Shown here: in pieces, positions 16,609 through 18,532 of the stretch
How positions within the stretch are numbered: the stretch's first letter is position 1
Layout: the number at the start of each line of letters is the position of its first letter
Origin: a virus
Taxonomy: Duplodnaviria; Heunggongvirae; Uroviricota; Caudoviricetes
IMG/VR virus record: IMGVR_UViG_2541047891_000001
DNA length: 18,532 nt
Direction: 5' to 3' (one strand)
Translations under genes and position numbers: made by a program
Notes under the pieces: generated by a model
The model's database searches: none
What the model was told of the DNA's origin: nothing
What the model saw: only the letters and a program-made list of their open reading frames with translations

Positions 16609-17697
16609 TTACGCCAGTACGCCAATTGCCAGCGCGCTATCGATAAAACGAAATATCAGCTCCAGTTGGGAGCCATACTTCTCTTCAAATGCCACTGTAT
16701 CCGTATGCAGCTCGTTGTGATGCTTTCTGCACAAAGGCAACACAAAGAGATCATGTGCTTTTGTTCCCATTCCGCCCTGCCCGTGACCAATCAGATGATG
16801 CGGATCGTCGGCTGGCATACCGCAGCAAGCACACGGCTGTGTCTTAACCCAACGTGTGTATTTCTCCTTAACCCAGCGGCGACGTTTAGGCAGCTTCATG
16901 AAAGATTCCGGAGACTCTGGATCAACGGTGATGCTTACCACCGTCTTTTCCTGTGGTGGTTTTTGTTGCTGGTAGGCGTAAGGCAACGGTGCAAGATTTT
17001 TTGTGCGTTGTTTCAATATGCTGGTGGCGGTCTGCTCTCCCGGTACGATGTCGCTTTCGCGGTACACCGAGCAGATTTTTTCCGCTGGTAATCCCAGCGA
17101 ACGACGCGATACAGCCTCAGGTAGTGCATCCACCACCTGATTGCAGACCGCCCACCAGGATAATTCAGCCAAAGATAATTCCCGCTCCTGCGTACCGCTT
17201 ATTGCGTGACGGATGACGTCAATCACCCATGCTGTCAGATTTTGTTGAGCAAGCAGATCCAGTGATTCCGATGTCTGGTCACGCAGTTGGTTGTCGCAGT
17301 GCCAACACAACACCATTGCGCCGGTACCATAACGGTGAATGACTGTTTCAGAGTGATGGTAATCGCCATTAGGCCACTGGCAGGATGTAACATGACGTAA
17401 TAGCCAGTCAGACAATGCGCCAACGCCGCCAGCAGCACGAATCACCCGTTCGTTACTAAAAAACGGCAGCAATGTTTTGTCTTCCACCAGCGGCTGGCGA
17501 ACGGCAGGAACAACTCCGGATGGCAGATTACGCATGCTTTTTGGTTCCGGTTCCACCAGCACTCGAGGATTATGAAATATCTGTATGGATTCACGGCCCG
17601 GCTTAAGGACCACCAGCCCAAGCTCAGGCACCAGAACAGGTCTAAGTAATACCCGCACGTTACCTCCAGATCCGTTGCTGGAAAGTGCGGGACGCAC
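16609..17697 (-). CDS. DUF968 / YdfU-like protein with a C-terminal HNH-like zinc-finger motif
   Basis: The C-terminus CACCGMPADDPHHLIGHGQGG...NDLFVLPLCRKHHNELH has an HNH nuclease-like signature. Synteny (upstream of Q, downstream of rem) matches ydfU of Qin. The ORF-track start at 17697 is GTG, so the true start is uncertain; the first in-frame ATG is at 17535. Confidence 0.7.
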   Translation of the reverse strand: MRPALSSNGSGGNVRVLLRPVLVPELGLVVLKPGRESIQIFHNPRVLVEPEPKSMRNLPSGVVPAVRQPLVEDKTLLPFFSNERVIRAAGGVGALSDWLLRHVTSCQWPNGDYHHSETVIHRYGTGAMVLCWHCDNQLRDQTSESLDLLAQQNLTAWVIDVIRHAISGTQERELSLAELSWWAVCNQVVDALPEAVSRRSLGLPAEKICSVYRESDIVPGEQTATSILKQRTKNLAPLPYAYQQQKPPQEKTVVSITVDPESPESFMKLPKRRRWVKEKYTRWVKTQPCACCGMPADDPHHLIGHGQGGMGTKAHDLFVLPLCRKHHNELHTDTVAFEEKYGSQLELIFRFIDSALAIGVLA

Positions 17698-17938
17698 GTG
17701 GTGGGCGTTCGGAGTAAGGCAATCTGACTGAGATTATCCAGTGACGGTAGTCGAGGCTAAGGGCTTTCTTAACCTCGTATCCGCGCCTGCGGTAACACTG
17801 AATTATCCATTCAGCCTGCTCTTCAGTGCATGGAGGGTGTTGGAACCATTCAGACTTGAATGCGTGAGAATACCGCTCGTGCGTGCAGACAAGAACGGGC
17901 GAATTATCAGAATTGTAATATTTTACGTTGCGTGCCAT
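17660..17938 (-). CDS. Hypothetical small protein (92 aa), 3' end overlapping the DUF968 ORF
   Basis: ATG at 17938-17936 with GGAG 7 nt upstream. Cys/His-containing N-terminal half (VLVCTHERYSH...HPPCTEEQAEW). I do not recognise the family. Confidence 0.4.
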   Translation of the reverse strand: MARNVKYYNSDNSPVLVCTHERYSHAFKSEWFQHPPCTEEQAEWIIQCYRRRGYEVKKALSLDYRHWIISVRLPYSERPPRASRTFQQRIWR

Positions 17939-18004
17939 CGGTTTTCTCCGGTGGCACGGTGTTACTCAGCGGGAGTTCAGCCCCGCGCAAGATTGTAGAT
18001 GAGT

Positions 18005-18256
18005 TTATTCTTCTGCAAAAGCTGAAAAGCCTGCTTTTATTCCGATCTCTTTCAGTGCCTGTAATGAAGTGACAAACTCACCTTCGCGCAAGATAAATCC
18101 GTCCGTGACTCGAGCATCCACAAAATTAATTAACGCAGCCCCATTCTTTCGCAAACACAGAATGCGGTAATGACTAACAATGTTTCCATTTTCAACGCAC
18201 ACAGCATAGAGGCCATCTTCACAAAAAATTTTACGCAGTTCTTCGATGTTCATCAT
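18005..18256 (-). CDS. rem: Rem-like small protein (83 aa, unknown function)
   Basis: 83 aa ORF (MMNIEELRKIFCEDGLYAVCVENG...) between the DUF968 gene and hok, as for rem in the Qin prophage. The sequence match is from memory only. Confidence 0.55.
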   Translation of the reverse strand: MMNIEELRKIFCEDGLYAVCVENGNIVSHYRILCLRKNGAALINFVDARVTDGFILREGEFVTSLQALKEIGIKAGFSAFAEE

Positions 18257-18334
18257 CAGAATCCTTCCGGATAATTAACTCTCCCCTTTAAGGGACCATC
18301 CCTCTTATCCCTGCGCGCTACTTAAGTATTTTTG

Positions 18335-18364
18335 ATTCTATTCCGGCACCGTCCAGAACTTCAA
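18335..18364 (-). promoter_or_regulatory. Candidate promoter for rem
   Basis: On the minus strand: TTGAAG (-35), an 18 nt spacer, then TAGAAT (-10), about 80 nt upstream of the rem ATG. Confidence 0.25.
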
Positions 18365-18371
18365 ACGCGTT

Positions 18372-18402
18372 GAAAATAAAAACAAAAACCCGCCGAAGCG
18401 GG
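18372..18402 (-). terminator. Intrinsic terminator at the 3' end of the hok transcript
   Basis: Minus strand reads CCCGCTTCGGCGGG (GC stem with TTCG loop) followed by TTTTTGTTTTTATTTT, about 70 nt downstream of the hok stop. Confidence 0.55.
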
Positions 18403-18473
18403 TTAAGTGCGGGTGCGTTGAGGATGCCTGTCACATCAGAGGTGGCGAGGGATTTCTCCCTCGCCGGGTCTCT

Positions 18474-18532
18474 TACTCCTCAGGTTCGTAAGCTGTGAAG
18501 ACAGCGACCTCCGTCTGGCCGGTTCGGATTCG
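18474..18532 (-). CDS. hokD: Hok/Gef-family type I toxin, 3' end only (start lies beyond the window end)
   Basis: Minus-strand translation of the window end gives ...RIRTGQTEVAVFTAYEPEE followed by a stop, matching the HokD/RelF C-terminus as I recall it. Not in the ORF track because it is partial. Confidence 0.7.

Noticed and set aside
17235-17438. Minus-strand ORF 17235-17438 (67 aa) and plus-strand ORFs inside the DUF968 gene
   Set aside because: Embedded in alternative frames of the DUF968 gene with no independent start signals.
1-18532. CRISPR arrays, tRNA or rRNA genes, attachment sites
   Set aside because: I found no regularly spaced direct repeats and no cloverleaf-like or rRNA-like segments by eye; the window is almost entirely protein-coding. 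The att sites and integrase would lie outside this window.

Overview
This window is the late (structural) half of a lambdoid prophage from an enterobacterium (E. coli-like), encoded almost entirely on the minus strand, and the prophage looks defective. I do not see a clearly novel multi-gene system (no CRISPR array, no obvious defense island); the findings below are unusual features of a decaying mosaic prophage. All calls rest on reading the sequence and recalling protein families from memory; no database search was run.

Reading right to left in window coordinates (the direction of transcription):
- 18532-15843: a Qin-like early-right region with a partial hok-family toxin gene, a rem-like gene, a small overlapping ORF, a DUF968/YdfU-like gene with an HNH-like motif, and a phage-82-type antiterminator Q.
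- 15811-15712: a candidate late promoter and a bidirectional intrinsic terminator.
- 15680-14868: two degraded cold-shock genes, one frameshifted (cspF-like) and one fused in frame to the 3' end of an IS66-family tnpB (cspB-like).
- 15003-13247: a truncated IS66-family element that keeps tnpC and one terminus.
- 13246-11527: a terminase large-subunit gene that has lost its N-terminal ATPase region at the IS junction.
- 11530-7160: a head module with a W-like protein, portal, a single ORF fusing a ClpP-like protease to an HK97-fold capsid, a small DUF2190-like protein and an FII-like protein.
- 7148-1: a lambda-type tail module Z, U, V, G/T (with a -1 frameshift site), H, M, L and partial K.

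The lysis cassette, the small terminase subunit and cos are absent between Q and the head genes. The many plus-strand ORFs in the six-frame track are antisense shadows of these genes.
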